DNA of 29,332 nt from an uncultured Candidatus Micrarchaeota archaeon. Lineage in GTDB: Archaea; Micrarchaeota; Micrarchaeia; Burarchaeales; Fermentimicrarchaeaceae. Where the stretch lies: positions 1-29,332 of the forward strand of contig CAIXRF010000077.1 in assembly GCA_903921825.1 (NCBI GenBank), given 5' to 3'. The notes below the pieces were generated by a model. The model did no database searches and was not told where the DNA came from. It was given only the letters and a program-made list of their open reading frames with translations. This document shows positions 7,417-17,289 of the stretch, piece by piece. Position 1 is the first letter of the stretch. Each line of letters opens with the position of its first letter. A program made the position numbers and the translations under genes.

Positions 7417-8736
7417 ATGAGGTCTATTATATTCGCTCTCGCCCTTGCGCTGCTCGTTTCAAGCGTTTTTGCAAAGCCGCCTGAGCTCCAGGCGCTTGCC
7501 TCCGTGACATCATTCGAGGGATGGAACTGCAATCCCACGGGCGGGCCATACACGTTCACCGCAACAATCTACATCGCCAACCCCTACAACGGCACGATGA
7601 CGGTAAATTACACCTATTACGATTACTATGCGGGAAGGGAAACGGATGGCGGCCGCGTGTGCATGATTCAGGCGAACAACGAGGACCACTGCTCGTTCAC
7701 AATCCCCGTCACGCTGGGCGGGGAGGCCGCGGGCAACGCGAGCATGTCCGTGAAGCTATTTGCGTCGATAGACGGGGTCAGCGAGCAGCCGGAGAAGCGC
7801 ATCGACTACTCGTTCACGCATGCGCCCGCATCCACGGAAACGAACTCCCTCGCGAGCATAGCCGCGACGCAGGCAAGGCTCGATGGGGAAAACGTCGCCC
7901 TCTCGTCCGCGTGCACCGCGAACGGCGTGTGCTGCGGGATGGCTGGGCCGCAGGAGAAGCTCTCCGCGGCTGGTAGCAGCCTTGCGCTCGCCAGGGAGCT
8001 TGTGAGGCAGTGCAAGTTCAGCGACGCGACCACTACAACCGCCGCAGCCTCCGCGGACATCAACGGTGCCAACTCGACTTACCATTCCACGTTCAGGCAG
8101 TGCCAGTCAGCCCTGAACAACTACGCGTTTGCATATGGCAACCTCACGCGCGCGAACGAGACGCTGCTTAAGCGCGCGGCATGCGGGATGAACGTTTCGG
8201 CCTCCCGCACGGAGCTCGCAAACTCGGAAAGGCTCCTGGCGCAGGGCGCCGACAGGATAGAGGCCGACGCCTACTCGGACGCGGTGCTTTACCTAGAGCA
8301 GTCGCTTGAGACCACGAACGTCACATTCACTCTTTCGAATGACTGCCCGCTGGCAGGCCTGGGCTCCGCCGGGAACGTTACCGGGCCATCCCAGTCGCAG
8401 ACGCCTCCTCCGCAGCAGGCACCCGGAGAAGACCCGCTGTCAAAGGTGATAGGCGCGCTCGGCTACATAGTGATAGCTGCGATAATCATAGTGGTTGGCG
8501 CGGCAATCTACGTTTCGCTGGGCAAGAGGCACCTCGAAGGGATGATTAGCCGCGGGCCGCGCAGCGGCGCGGAACACCCCGGCGCACCGCCATCGCCAGG
8601 CGCGGAGCCCTCCGAAGAGCTGCCCCCGATTGACCACACCAAGGTGGAAGAGGAGTTCCAGGAGTGGCTGAAGAAGAGCGAAGCCGCGGAAGAAGCCCCA
8701 ACTGAAAAGCACGAGAAGCGCGGCAAGAAGAAATGA
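7417..8736 (+). CDS. Surface protein with a Sec signal peptide, an NxS/T-rich ectodomain, a C-terminal TM anchor, and a Lys/Glu-rich cytoplasmic tail.
   Basis: [19 protein letters not shown] is the signal peptide. ...[29 protein letters not shown] is the TM helix. The tail ...[29 protein letters not shown] is charged. TATA ggctttatatagc is at ~7373-7385 and the RBS aggtga at 7405-7410. Confidence 0.6.
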   Translation: MRSIIFALALALLVSSVFAKPPELQALASVTSFEGWNCNPTGGPYTFTATIYIANPYNGTMTVNYTYYDYYAGRETDGGRVCMIQANNEDHCSFTIPVTLGGEAAGNASMSVKLFASIDGVSEQPEKRIDYSFTHAPASTETNSLASIAATQARLDGENVALSSACTANGVCCGMAGPQEKLSAAGSSLALARELVRQCKFSDATTTTAAASADINGANSTYHSTFRQCQSALNNYAFAYGNLTRANETLLKRAACGMNVSASRTELANSERLLAQGADRIEADAYSDAVLYLEQSLETTNVTFTLSNDCPLAGLGSAGNVTGPSQSQTPPPQQAPGEDPLSKVIGALGYIVIAAIIIVVGAAIYVSLGKRHLEGMISRGPRSGAEHPGAPPSPGAEPSEELPPIDHTKVEEEFQEWLKKSEAAEEAPTEKHEKRGKKK

Positions 8737-8792
8737 GGCCCGCGGCAAATCCATTTGAGCAGCCGCGGCAAAAACATTCCAAGGTGGTCGAG

Positions 8793-10679
8793 ATGGGTCA
8801 TAAGAACGCATTAGTTGCAGCCATCCTTCTGGTCGTGCTCTTCACGGCACGCGCGCCCGCAGCATCCGCGCCTGGGACGCAGCCGGCCGCTTTCGTAATC
8901 CCGAATTTCGTGGAAAACGGTTCCGCCTGGCATCGTTTCACCGTGAATGTCTCAAATCCCGCGAACGGGACAGCCTACAACTACGTCATAATGATATGGC
9001 CCGAAGCGGCCGCTTGGGAAGACCCGGGCCAGAGCGGATGCAGCGGCGGAGTGGTCGGAGTAAACAACAATAGCATCTACTGGAGAACGAGCAACTGCCC
9101 GCCACTGGGCGGCAGCATGGTCTTCAGCTTCGGCAAGGCGCTCAACCCAGTAAGCCTGAACACCACAAAGACAGTGCAGGTCTATGTGAGCAACGACAGC
9201 GGCGCAACGCTGGTGCCAGTTTCACCAACGAGCGGCTCGCCTGGCATCTGCACCGGCCCGATGAACAACCTGCAGATATGCCAGTACCTGCCCCCTCCCC
9301 CGAAGGTCATCAGCTCCTGCCCATACACAATAAACGCGCTGGCCAACTACACATTGGACGACAACCTCACCGCGGCAAACACGACGTGCATCGGAGTTAT
9401 GAGCGGAGGCAGCGGCTCAATGATAGACTGCAAGGGCCGCACTATAAACGGCACCGGAATGGCATACGGCATCTACCTGAACGACGCGAGTGGAATCCTG
9501 CTGAAGAACTGCACAATTACGCACTTCGAACGCGGAGTCTACCTCCTCAATGCCAGAAACAACACCATCCAGGACAGCTCATTCAACCTGAACGGCATCG
9601 GCGCCTACCTCTCCTCAAGCAACAACAACTCATTCCGCCGCGACAACTTCTCGGCAAACATCAATGACGGCGTACTAGTGCAGACCTCAACTACCAACGT
9701 ATTCGCCACCAATGAAATGTGCGCCGACCCGACCTACGGCGCTTACTGCTCCACGGCGCAGACCGGCGGGAGCAACAAGTGCGACACGGCCAAAGTCTCT
9801 TGCACTGGAATAACGTGCGGGACCGCATGCCCTACGCCCGCGCCCACCCCAACCCCAACTCCAACCCCGACACCGACGCCTACGCCAACTCCAACTCCCA
9901 CGGTGACGCCTACACCCACCGCGACGCCAACTCCAACCCCAACCCCCACACCAACGCCGTCTCCAACACCTACTCCAACTCCTACGCCATCCCCAACTCC
10001 GGCGCCCGGAACAATCACGTCCTGTCCCTACACGATAAGCATGCAGGGAAGCTATGCCCTCAACTCCAACCTGCAATCATCCGGCGGAACGTGCATAGGT
10101 GTAGGGACGGGAGGCAGCGGCTCCACGATTGACTGCAAGGGCCACACAATAAACGGCAGCGGCACAGGCTACGGAATCTACCTCAATGGCGCGGGCAGCA
10201 ACACGGTCAAGAACTGTACAATAGAGCATTTCGACAAGGGCGTCTATTTCCTCAACGCCAGAAACAACACCATCCAGGACAGCAACTTCATCCTCAACAG
10301 CTACGGCGCCTACCTCTCCTCAAACAGCAATGGCAACAGGATAACGAGCTGCGTCATGAATGCCAACGCCTACAAAGGGCTGTTCGTGCAGGCGTCGCGC
10401 GCCAACAACGTGAGCGCCAGTGAGGTTTGCTACAATGGCGACCCAATCTACGACCTCTACTGCTCCGCCGCGCAGGCGGGCGATGGCGGGAACTACTGCA
10501 ACACCACGAGAGCCCGCTGCAGCGGGATAACTTGCGGCTCGCCCTGTCCAGTTGTGACTCCAGCGCCCACCCCATGCATACCTGATGGGGACCCCTGCGG
10601 CGAAATCCCGTGCTGCTCAAGCTACTGCCATGGCGGGCTGGTATGCGGCCCAATGGTAACCCCAACGCCCACACCATAG
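8793..10679 (+). CDS. Secreted modular protein A: N-terminal unknown domain, two Cys-framed PbH1 (parallel beta-helix) modules separated by a long (PT)n linker, and a small Cys-rich C-terminal knot.
   Basis: Signal peptide [26 protein letters not shown]. The module ITSCPYTI...GGSGS(M/T)IDCKG(R/H)TINGTG.GYGIYLN...[34 protein letters not shown]..... occurs twice. The second-module version differs in places. The first module ends in [10 protein letters not shown]...[41 protein letters not shown]. The track start 8733 is replaced by ATG 8793 because the upstream word aaggtggtcgag ATG is shared with the next gene. Confidence 0.8.
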   Translation: MGHKNALVAAILLVVLFTARAPAASAPGTQPAAFVIPNFVENGSAWHRFTVNVSNPANGTAYNYVIMIWPEAAAWEDPGQSGCSGGVVGVNNNSIYWRTSNCPPLGGSMVFSFGKALNPVSLNTTKTVQVYVSNDSGATLVPVSPTSGSPGICTGPMNNLQICQYLPPPPKVISSCPYTINALANYTLDDNLTAANTTCIGVMSGGSGSMIDCKGRTINGTGMAYGIYLNDASGILLKNCTITHFERGVYLLNARNNTIQDSSFNLNGIGAYLSSSNNNSFRRDNFSANINDGVLVQTSTTNVFATNEMCADPTYGAYCSTAQTGGSNKCDTAKVSCTGITCGTACPTPAPTPTPTPTPTPTPTPTPTPTVTPTPTATPTPTPTPTPTPSPTPTPTPTPSPTPAPGTITSCPYTISMQGSYALNSNLQSSGGTCIGVGTGGSGSTIDCKGHTINGSGTGYGIYLNGAGSNTVKNCTIEHFDKGVYFLNARNNTIQDSNFILNSYGAYLSSNSNGNRITSCVMNANAYKGLFVQASRANNVSASEVCYNGDPIYDLYCSAAQAGDGGNYCNTTRARCSGITCGSPCPVVTPAPTPCIPDGDPCGEIPCCSSYCHGGLVCGPMVTPTPTP

Positions 10680-10712
10680 CCGATGCTCTGCCCTTTCTTG
10701 GTGCTGAGCGTT

Positions 10713-10733
10713 GCCGCCCTGAAAGCTATTTAA
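10713..10733 (+). promoter_or_regulatory. Conserved promoter block gccgccctgaaagctatttaa (TATA ctatttaa) upstream of modular protein B.
   Basis: The 21-mer matches 14199-14219 at 20 of 21 positions (a/c differs at position 10). It sits 37-44 nt upstream of ATG 10770. Confidence 0.5.
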
Positions 10734-10769
10734 GCAACCACCTGCAAATCAAACTCCAAGGTGGTCGAG

Positions 10770-13700
10770 ATGAATCCTAGGTCCGTTGTAGCGTCTATCC
10801 TGTTTGTCGCACTGTTTGCCGCGTTCGCTGCTGCGGCGCCTCCGGTTACCCACCAGCCGTCGCCAGTATGTTCCCAATACAACGAGACCAGCACAGGCTG
10901 TACGCCATATACCGGGCCACTCCTGAGTGATTCAGACGTCCAGAAAGAAGTCGGTGCCATTAACCAGAAGATAACGGAGCGAAATCTCAACTGGGTTGCA
11001 GGGGACAACTGGGTCGTGCGGCTGCCCGAAGCGGAGAGAACGCGCCTCCTGGGCGCAAAGCTATTTTCCCCGCAGGAAATGGAAGCGGCGGGCGTAAAAC
11101 CACTGTCTTATACTCCGGGCACAACGTTGCCGGTCGCTCTTGACTGGAGGAATAACGGAGGCAACTGGACCACGTCGGTAAAGAACCAAGGTGGATGCGG
11201 CTCGTGCTGGGCCTTTTCCGCGGATGGGGTCGTAGAGTCGCGGATGAACATCGATTTGGGCATCCCGCAATTCAATTATGTCCTTTCCGAGCAGGACCTT
11301 GTTTCCTGCTCCGGTGTAGGAAGCTGCAGTGGCGGCTACGAGGACCTGGCTATTGGCTATATTAATAATACTGGAACCACCAACGAATCCTGTTTCTCGT
11401 ACCAGGCATCCGACGTGTCATGCGGACTGAAATGCGCCAATTGGCAGGACCAGAAGGTGCGTGTAACCAATTATAGCTATGTCGCTGCCGGTGCCAACGC
11501 CATAAAACAGGCACTGAACACCTATGGCCCAGTTACCGTATCCATGCCTGTTTTTTCTGACTTCTTTGACTATTCCGGAGGCATTTATACCAGAACGTCT
11601 GACTATCTTGAGGGCTTCCACGCAATAGACATCGTCGGCTACAACGACACTGGCGGATACTGGATTGTTAAAAACAGCTGGGCTACCACCTGGGGTGAAA
11701 ACGGTTATTTCAGGATGAGCTATTCAGAAGATACAAACTATTCGACTTGGACTTGTTTTACTGTGTATGCCAGCTGTTCTCAGCCAGGCTCCTTTTTCAT
11801 GGACCAGAGCGTTGCCGTCATGAGCACAAACGCGCCAAGCCTGTTCAACTTCGGGTCGGTTTCGGGCTATGTGTTTGACGACCTAGCGCAGGGGATTGCG
11901 AGCGCAATTGTCAACGTGACGAATGCAAGCGGCTCGCCAACGAACCTCACGAATGCAAGCGGTTACTACATAATCGGTGTCGTTCCCGCCGGAACCTTTA
12001 GCATCAGCGCGAGGAAAAATGCCTCTCTTGGCACCAACACAACCACCGTGACCGTGGTTACAAACACCACCACCAATGTCAACTTCACTCTGTATGCGCC
12101 AACTCCGATTCCAACGCCAACCCCCGTGGTAATCAGCAGCTGCCCCTACACAATAAGCGCCCCAGGTGCCTACGTCCTGTCGTCAGACGTCAATTCGGCA
12201 AGTGGCTCGTGCATCGCCATATCCACGGGAGGCAGCGGCTCCACGCTTGACTGCCAGAACCACACAATAAACGGCAGCGGCACAGGCTACGGAATCTACT
12301 TCAACAGCGCAAGCGGCAGCATGGTAAAAAACTGCACTGTGAAGCGCTTCGCGCGCGGAGTCTACCTCTCCAGTGCGCGCAACAACACCATCCAGGACAG
12401 CGCATTCAACTCGAACAACTACGGCGCCTACCTATCCTCAAGCAACAACAACTCATTCCGCCGCGACAACTTCTCGGCGAACACCGCTGACGGCGTCTAT
12501 GTGGCGAGCTCAACTACCAACGTATTCGCCACTAACGAAATGTGCGCCGACCCGACCTACGGCGCTTACTGCTCCACTGCTCAGACAGGCGGGAGCAATA
12601 CCTGCAACTCATCCAAAATCTCTTGCAGCGGAGTAACGTGCGGCTCACCCTGCCCAGGCACGACTCCAACGCCTACACCCACTCCAACTCCAACACCCAC
12701 GGTGACGCCCACACCTACCGTTACGCCAACCCCCACTCCAACTCCGACTCCCGGCCCACCCACGCCCACCCCAACAGCTACCCCCACGCCAACTGCGACT
12801 CCAACTCCAACACCAACTCCAACCCCGACGCCCACCCCCACTCCAACTCCAGCGCCCGGAACAATCACATCCTGCCCATACACGATAAACGCCCCAGGTG
12901 CCTACATCCTAACGTCAAACATCAATTCGGCAAGCGGCACCTGCATTGCAATATCCACAGGAGGCAGCGGCTCCACGCTTGACTGCCAGGGCCACATGAT
13001 AAACGGCAGCGGCACAGGCTACGGCGTCTTCCTCAATAGCGCGGGCAGCAACACAGTCAAGAACTGCACTGTGAAGCACTTCGACAGGGGCATCTACCTT
13101 TCCAACGCCAAAAACAACACCATCCAGGACAGCTCTTTCAACGTAAATGCCTTCGGCGCCTACATCTACACCAACAGCAACAACAACTCTTTCCGCCGCG
13201 ACAATTTCTCAGCTAACACCAACAGAGGCGTCTATGTGATTTCCTCAACTACCAACGTATTCGCCAGCAACGAGATATGCGCCAACCCCACCCAGGACGC
13301 CTACTGCTCGGTGGCGCAGACAGGCGGGAGCAACACCTGCAACGTATCCAAAATCTCTTGCAGCGGAGTAACGTGCGGCTCACCCTGCCCAGGCACGACT
13401 CCAACGCCTACACCCACACCCACTCCAACCCCGACCCCGACGCCTACGCCCACTCCAACGCCCACGCCAACAGTAACACCAACGCCCACGGTTACGCCTA
13501 CGCCTACCGTGACGCCAACTCCGACTCCAACACCGACACCCACGCCAACTCCTACTCCAACCCCAACGCCGTCTCCAACGCCAAGCGGGACGGTCATTAC
13601 AACCTGCCCATACACAATAAGCATCCCAGGCACTTACATCCTCAGCGGAAACCTCAATTCGGCGAGCGGGACGTGCATAGGAATGACATCAGGGGGCAGC

Positions 13701-14141
13701 GGCTCCACGCTTGACTGCCAAAACCACACGATAAACGGCAGCGGCACCGGCTACGGAGTTTACCTAAATAGCGCAGGCAGCAGCACAATCAGGAACTGCA
13801 CAATCGAGCACTTCGACAAGGGCATCTACCTCTCCAACGCCAAGAACAACACCATCCAGGACAGCAACCTCATCGTCAACAACTACGGCGCCTACCTAGT
13901 GGCGAGCAGCAACGGCAACAGGATAACGAGCTGTGTCATGAACGCCAACACCTACAAGGGGCTGTTCGTGCAGACGTCGAGCACCAACAACGTGACCGCC
14001 AGCCAGACTTGTTTCAATGGCGACTCGATGTACGACCTCTATTGCTCCACGGCGCAGAGCGGGAACGGAGGCAACATCTGCACCACTTCGAGGGTTTCCT
14101 GCGGCGGAGTGACATGCAGCAGATCCTGCATCCCCGCCTAG
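10770..14141 (+). CDS. Secreted modular protein B: signal peptide, possible propeptide, papain-like C1A cysteine peptidase, CarbopepD_reg-like beta-sandwich, then three PbH1 modules joined by (PT)n linkers.
   Basis: Signal peptide [24 protein letters not shown]. The peptidase motifs [22 protein letters not shown] (Cys active site), [35 protein letters not shown] (His/Asn) and LSEQDLVSC read like papain itself. A CarbopepD_reg-like stretch (GYVFDD...[34 protein letters not shown]) follows. Then come three ~180-aa modules matching those in genes A and C. The track start 10761 is GTG. ATG 10770 follows the aaggtggtcgag word. Confidence 0.85.
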   Translation: MNPRSVVASILFVALFAAFAAAAPPVTHQPSPVCSQYNETSTGCTPYTGPLLSDSDVQKEVGAINQKITERNLNWVAGDNWVVRLPEAERTRLLGAKLFSPQEMEAAGVKPLSYTPGTTLPVALDWRNNGGNWTTSVKNQGGCGSCWAFSADGVVESRMNIDLGIPQFNYVLSEQDLVSCSGVGSCSGGYEDLAIGYINNTGTTNESCFSYQASDVSCGLKCANWQDQKVRVTNYSYVAAGANAIKQALNTYGPVTVSMPVFSDFFDYSGGIYTRTSDYLEGFHAIDIVGYNDTGGYWIVKNSWATTWGENGYFRMSYSEDTNYSTWTCFTVYASCSQPGSFFMDQSVAVMSTNAPSLFNFGSVSGYVFDDLAQGIASAIVNVTNASGSPTNLTNASGYYIIGVVPAGTFSISARKNASLGTNTTTVTVVTNTTTNVNFTLYAPTPIPTPTPVVISSCPYTISAPGAYVLSSDVNSASGSCIAISTGGSGSTLDCQNHTINGSGTGYGIYFNSASGSMVKNCTVKRFARGVYLSSARNNTIQDSAFNSNNYGAYLSSSNNNSFRRDNFSANTADGVYVASSTTNVFATNEMCADPTYGAYCSTAQTGGSNTCNSSKISCSGVTCGSPCPGTTPTPTPTPTPTPTVTPTPTVTPTPTPTPTPGPPTPTPTATPTPTATPTPTPTPTPTPTPTPTPAPGTITSCPYTINAPGAYILTSNINSASGTCIAISTGGSGSTLDCQGHMINGSGTGYGVFLNSAGSNTVKNCTVKHFDRGIYLSNAKNNTIQDSSFNVNAFGAYIYTNSNNNSFRRDNFSANTNRGVYVISSTTNVFASNEICANPTQDAYCSVAQTGGSNTCNVSKISCSGVTCGSPCPGTTPTPTPTPTPTPTPTPTPTPTPTPTVTPTPTVTPTPTVTPTPTPTPTPTPTPTPTPTPSPTPSGTVITTCPYTISIPGTYILSGNLNSASGTCIGMTSGGSGSTLDCQNHTINGSGTGYGVYLNSAGSSTIRNCTIEHFDKGIYLSNAKNNTIQDSNLIVNNYGAYLVASSNGNRITSCVMNANTYKGLFVQTSSTNNVTASQTCFNGDSMYDLYCSTAQSGNGGNICTTSRVSCGGVTCSRSCIPA
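12110..14141 (+). repeat. Three tandem module-plus-linker units (period ~733 bp) with high nucleotide identity. The same module recurs in genes A and C.
   Basis: Modules start at ~12131, 12865 and 13597 (atcagcagctgcccctacacaataagc...). Related copies start at 9309, 10017 and 14335. The string ggaggcagcggctccacg(c/a)ttgactgcca recurs at ~10110, 12229, 12961, 13693 and 14437. Confidence 0.75.
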
Positions 14142-14150
14142 CCAAAGCAC

Positions 14151-14172
14151 CTTCTTTTCCTTTTCTTTCCGT
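14151..14172 (+). terminator. T-rich tract after protein B. Candidate terminator.
   Basis: The sequence cttcttttccttttctttcc follows directly after the TAG at 14139-14141. Confidence 0.3.
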
Positions 14173-14198
14173 CTTGGCAGCGGCAGCTTTCCGGCGCG

Positions 14199-14220
14199 GC
14201 CGCCCTGCAAGCTATTTAAA
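14199..14220 (+). promoter_or_regulatory. Conserved promoter block gccgccctgcaagctatttaaa (TATA ctatttaaa) upstream of modular protein C.
   Basis: It matches 10713-10733 at 20 of 21 positions (c/a differs). It sits 34-42 nt upstream of GTG 14254, with a caaggtga word in between. Confidence 0.5.
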
Positions 14221-14253
14221 CTACGTGAGGCAAAAAAGAGTCAAGGTGATTTC

Positions 14254-16062
14254 GTGAGTCCTAGACCCCTGTTTGCGCATGCATTCTTGTTCATCGCACT
14301 TCTTGCGGCTTCCGCTGCAGCACCCGGGATAGCAATCACTTCCTGCCCGCGCACGATAAACGCCCCAGGCACTTACGTCCTCACCTCGGACCTAAACTCT
14401 CCGGGCGGGACGTGCATAGGCGTGGGCGCAGGCGGCAGCGGCTCCACGATTGACTGCCAGGGGCACCTAATCAGGGGCCCCGGCGCTGCGGGCTACGGGC
14501 TCTATCTCAACGGAGCGAGCTACGTTACGGTGCGGAACTGCACATTCCGGAGCTTCGACCGCGGAATATACCTCTCCTCAGCAAGGTACAACACCATTCA
14601 GGACAGCTCTTTCAACGCGAATAATATCGGCGCATACATCTATTACAACAGCAACAACAACACGTTCCTGCGCAGCAACTTCTCGGTGAACCGCGACAAA
14701 GGAGTATACGTATTCACATCCATAGGCACCGTATTCACCACCAATGAAATGTGCGCTGACCCAACCTACGACGCCTACTGCTCATCGGCGCAGACCGGCG
14801 GGAGCAACACTTGCGACACTGCCCTGGTCTCCTGCTCTGGCGTCACGTGCACGCATGCATGCCCAACCCCAGGGCCGACCCCCACGCCGACCGCCACCCC
14901 CACTCCTGTTCCGCCGACGCCCACCCCAACTCCGACTCCCGGCCCACCGACGCCCACCCCCACAGCCACTCCAACGCCCGTTCCGACGCCACCAGCATGT
15001 GCCTCGCCTGGCGGGGTTGTGAGCACCTGCCCATGCACCATCAACGCGAAGTCAAACTACTCCCTAAACCACAGCCTGACCGCCAACGGCACCTGCCTCA
15101 CATTCAACACAGGCGCAAGCAATTCCACGCTTAACTGCAACAACTTCAGCATCACCGGTCAGAACAACGGATACGGAATCCTCATGAACGGCGCCTATTA
15201 CATGAACGTGACGAACTGCAACGTGACCAATTTCACCTACGGCTTCTACCTGAGCGGGGCCAGCAGCAACAACATCCGCGCAAGCAGGGTATACCTGAAC
15301 ATATACGGCTTCTTCCTGAGCTACGCCTCCAACAACAACATCACCAGCAACACCGTCTGCTACAACCCAGTGGACCTCTACTGCGAGGCTTCACCGGGCA
15401 ACGCAGGCAGCGACGTCTACGACCGGAACACCGGGTGCGTGAGCATCACCAAGAGCGCATCCTGCCCGCCAGCCCCAACGCCTACGCCAACTCCCACGCC
15501 TGCGCCCACCCCTACTCCAGGCCCAATCACCATAAACGCATGCCCATTCACCATAAACAGCGCAGGGACATACCGCCTTACCCATGACCTCACAGCGAAC
15601 GGGACGTGCATAGGCATAATGAGCGGAGGAAGCGGCGCAATACTGGACTGCTACGGCTACGCCCTCTTCGGGAACGGCACAGGCTACGGGATTTACATGC
15701 AGACGAACAACGTCCTTGTCACCAATTGCGAAGTCAGCGGCTTCGACCGCGGCATTTACATGAAGAGTTCCAGCAGCAACAACTTTTTAGCAAACCTGCT
15801 CGAGCGCAACAACATCGGTGCCTACCTCTACGGCAGCAACTACAACCACTTCGACAGCAACATATTCGTCTCCAACCGCGACCGGGGGATTTACGTGCTG
15901 ACCTCGAGCAACAACCAGTTTTACAACGGCGAGATATGCTACAACGGAAACAGCAACAACGATGTCTACTGCTCAACTGCCCAGACTGGCGGGCTCAACG
16001 TCTACTGCGACATCTCGCGGATTTCCTGCCCCGGCGTAACCTGCGATGTGGGCTGCCCCTAG
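14254..16062 (+). CDS. Secreted modular protein C: one canonical and two diverged PbH1 modules with (PT)n linkers.
   Basis: Signal peptide MSPRPLFAHAFLFIALLAASAAAPG. Module 1: [44 protein letters not shown]...[24 protein letters not shown]...[41 protein letters not shown]. Later modules (TCPCTINAKSNYSL..., NACPFTINSAGTYRL...) are more diverged but keep the NxS/T-rich beta-helix periodicity and the terminal ...YCSTAQTGG...SCPGVTCDVGCP. GTG start. Confidence 0.8.
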   Translation: MSPRPLFAHAFLFIALLAASAAAPGIAITSCPRTINAPGTYVLTSDLNSPGGTCIGVGAGGSGSTIDCQGHLIRGPGAAGYGLYLNGASYVTVRNCTFRSFDRGIYLSSARYNTIQDSSFNANNIGAYIYYNSNNNTFLRSNFSVNRDKGVYVFTSIGTVFTTNEMCADPTYDAYCSSAQTGGSNTCDTALVSCSGVTCTHACPTPGPTPTPTATPTPVPPTPTPTPTPGPPTPTPTATPTPVPTPPACASPGGVVSTCPCTINAKSNYSLNHSLTANGTCLTFNTGASNSTLNCNNFSITGQNNGYGILMNGAYYMNVTNCNVTNFTYGFYLSGASSNNIRASRVYLNIYGFFLSYASNNNITSNTVCYNPVDLYCEASPGNAGSDVYDRNTGCVSITKSASCPPAPTPTPTPTPAPTPTPGPITINACPFTINSAGTYRLTHDLTANGTCIGIMSGGSGAILDCYGYALFGNGTGYGIYMQTNNVLVTNCEVSGFDRGIYMKSSSSNNFLANLLERNNIGAYLYGSNYNHFDSNIFVSNRDRGIYVLTSSNNQFYNGEICYNGNSNNDVYCSTAQTGGLNVYCDISRISCPGVTCDVGCP

Positions 16063-16105
16063 GACGGCTGCGCACAGCGGCACCCGCCACCTAGTCGGCA
16101 GATGG

Positions 16106-16129
16106 TTAATATATTTAACTATTCATAGT
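16106..16129 (+). promoter_or_regulatory. TATA box (ttaatatattt) plus a 12-bp palindrome ACTATTCATAGT. Candidate MarR operator overlapping the promoter of the efflux operon.
   Basis: AT-rich TATA at 16106-16116. The inverted repeat actat-tc-atagt at 16118-16129 lies between the TATA and the RBS gaggagagg (16141-16149). Confidence 0.45.
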
Positions 16130-16151
16130 CTTAACTGAATGAGGAGAGGCG

Positions 16152-16610
16152 ATGGACGAGGCGAAACTTGAGAAGCTTGCAGACAACCTGGTGCTGCTGA
16201 TGCGGGTATTCCGCATCATGCTGGCGGGCAGCGAGGGCCATGGGCCCAAGATAATGCCGCTGGACCCGCAATACTGGGTCCTTGGCATCCTGCAGCGCGG
16301 CGACCTGCCCATGTCCGAGCTCGGGAGGCGCCTCCACAGGTCCAAGCCGAACATGACCGCAGTGGTTAATAGCCTCATTGCAGACGGCAGGGTGGCAAGG
16401 CGGCCGGACAAGAGCGACCGGCGCATCGTCCGGATATCCATAACGCCGAAAGGGCGCGCGTTCCTGAAAGGGGCGAAGATGGCGGTCAAGGCGAACATGA
16501 AGCGGAACCTCTCGCGCCTGAGCAGCGGGGACCTCGACACCCTTTACTCCTCGCTGGAAGAAGTGAACAGGGTGATTGGCAAGGCGAGCGGTGGTTTGCA
16601 TGGCACCTGA
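16152..16610 (+). CDS. MarR-family winged-helix transcriptional regulator.
   Basis: 152 aa. wHTH: LPMSELGRRLHRSKPNMTAVVNSLIADGRVARRPDKSDRRIVRISITPKGRAFL. It is the first gene of an efflux operon. Confidence 0.85.
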   Translation: MDEAKLEKLADNLVLLMRVFRIMLAGSEGHGPKIMPLDPQYWVLGILQRGDLPMSELGRRLHRSKPNMTAVVNSLIADGRVARRPDKSDRRIVRISITPKGRAFLKGAKMAVKANMKRNLSRLSSGDLDTLYSSLEEVNRVIGKASGGLHGT

Positions 16611-17289
16611 GAAGAGCGCGAAAGTGCATCACGAGGCGCCAGCGGAGAAAAAAGGCGGCCCAGCCGCAGCTCTCGCCGCCATCCGCAACCACCCGCTTCT
16701 TGCAGAGGCGGTCCTCCTTATTGCCATAGTTGCGCTGATAGGAGGATACTTCTATTGGCAGGACATGCAGGGCAAGATATACCTGGAGAAGACAGTGATA
16801 AGCGCGCCGCTCATCTCGCTCGCGCCCCAGGCGCCGGGGCAGATAACCGAGGTCTATGTGAAGGAAGGCGACAGGGTTGCGAGGGGCCAGCGGCTCGCAA
16901 AGGTCGGGGACCAGTACGTCACCGCAAAGACCTCCGGAATAATCGTTTCGGTCAACAATGCGCCAGGGCAGATGGCGACCGCGCAGACGCCGGTCGTGAC
17001 GATGATAGACCCCACGCAGCTGCGCCTCATCGGCCGCGTAGAAGAGGACAAGGGGCTGAGCGACATCCGCCCGGGCCAGCGCGTCGCATTCACCGTTGAT
17101 GCGTTCGGCGCCAAGGAATACGAAGGCGTCGTGGAGTCCATAGCCCAGAGCGCGCACCAGTCTGACGTCGTTTTCAGCATCTCGGACAAGCGGGCGGAGC
17201 AGGAATTCGACGTGAAAGTCTGGTTCGACACCTTCACCTACCCTGAGCTCAAGAACGGCATGTCTGCGAAAATGACTATCTACAAATGA
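16600..17289 (+). CDS. HlyD/EmrA-family membrane fusion (periplasmic adaptor-like) protein.
   Basis: N-terminal TM anchor LLAEAVLLIAIVALIGGYFYW, then a biotin-lipoyl-like and beta-barrel part (LAPQAPGQITEVYVKEGDRVARGQRLAKVGDQY...IDPTQLRLIGRVEEDKGLSDIRPGQRVAFTVDAFG...). ATG 16600 is preferred over the track's TTG 16576 because GGTGG sits 5 nt upstream. It overlaps the marR stop. Confidence 0.78.
   Translation: MAPEKSAKVHHEAPAEKKGGPAAALAAIRNHPLLAEAVLLIAIVALIGGYFYWQDMQGKIYLEKTVISAPLISLAPQAPGQITEVYVKEGDRVARGQRLAKVGDQYVTAKTSGIIVSVNNAPGQMATAQTPVVTMIDPTQLRLIGRVEEDKGLSDIRPGQRVAFTVDAFGAKEYEGVVESIAQSAHQSDVVFSISDKRAEQEFDVKVWFDTFTYPELKNGMSAKMTIYK

Noticed and set aside
9687-10076. Antisense ORFs across the PT linkers encoding GVGVGVGV... 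peptides: 9687..10076, 9743..10018, 12581..12883, 13301..13633, 14775..15044, 15417..15617 and 27480..28106.
   Set aside because: These are the reverse complement of (ACNCCN)n PT-linker codons inside strongly supported genes, so they are an artefact of the microsatellite.
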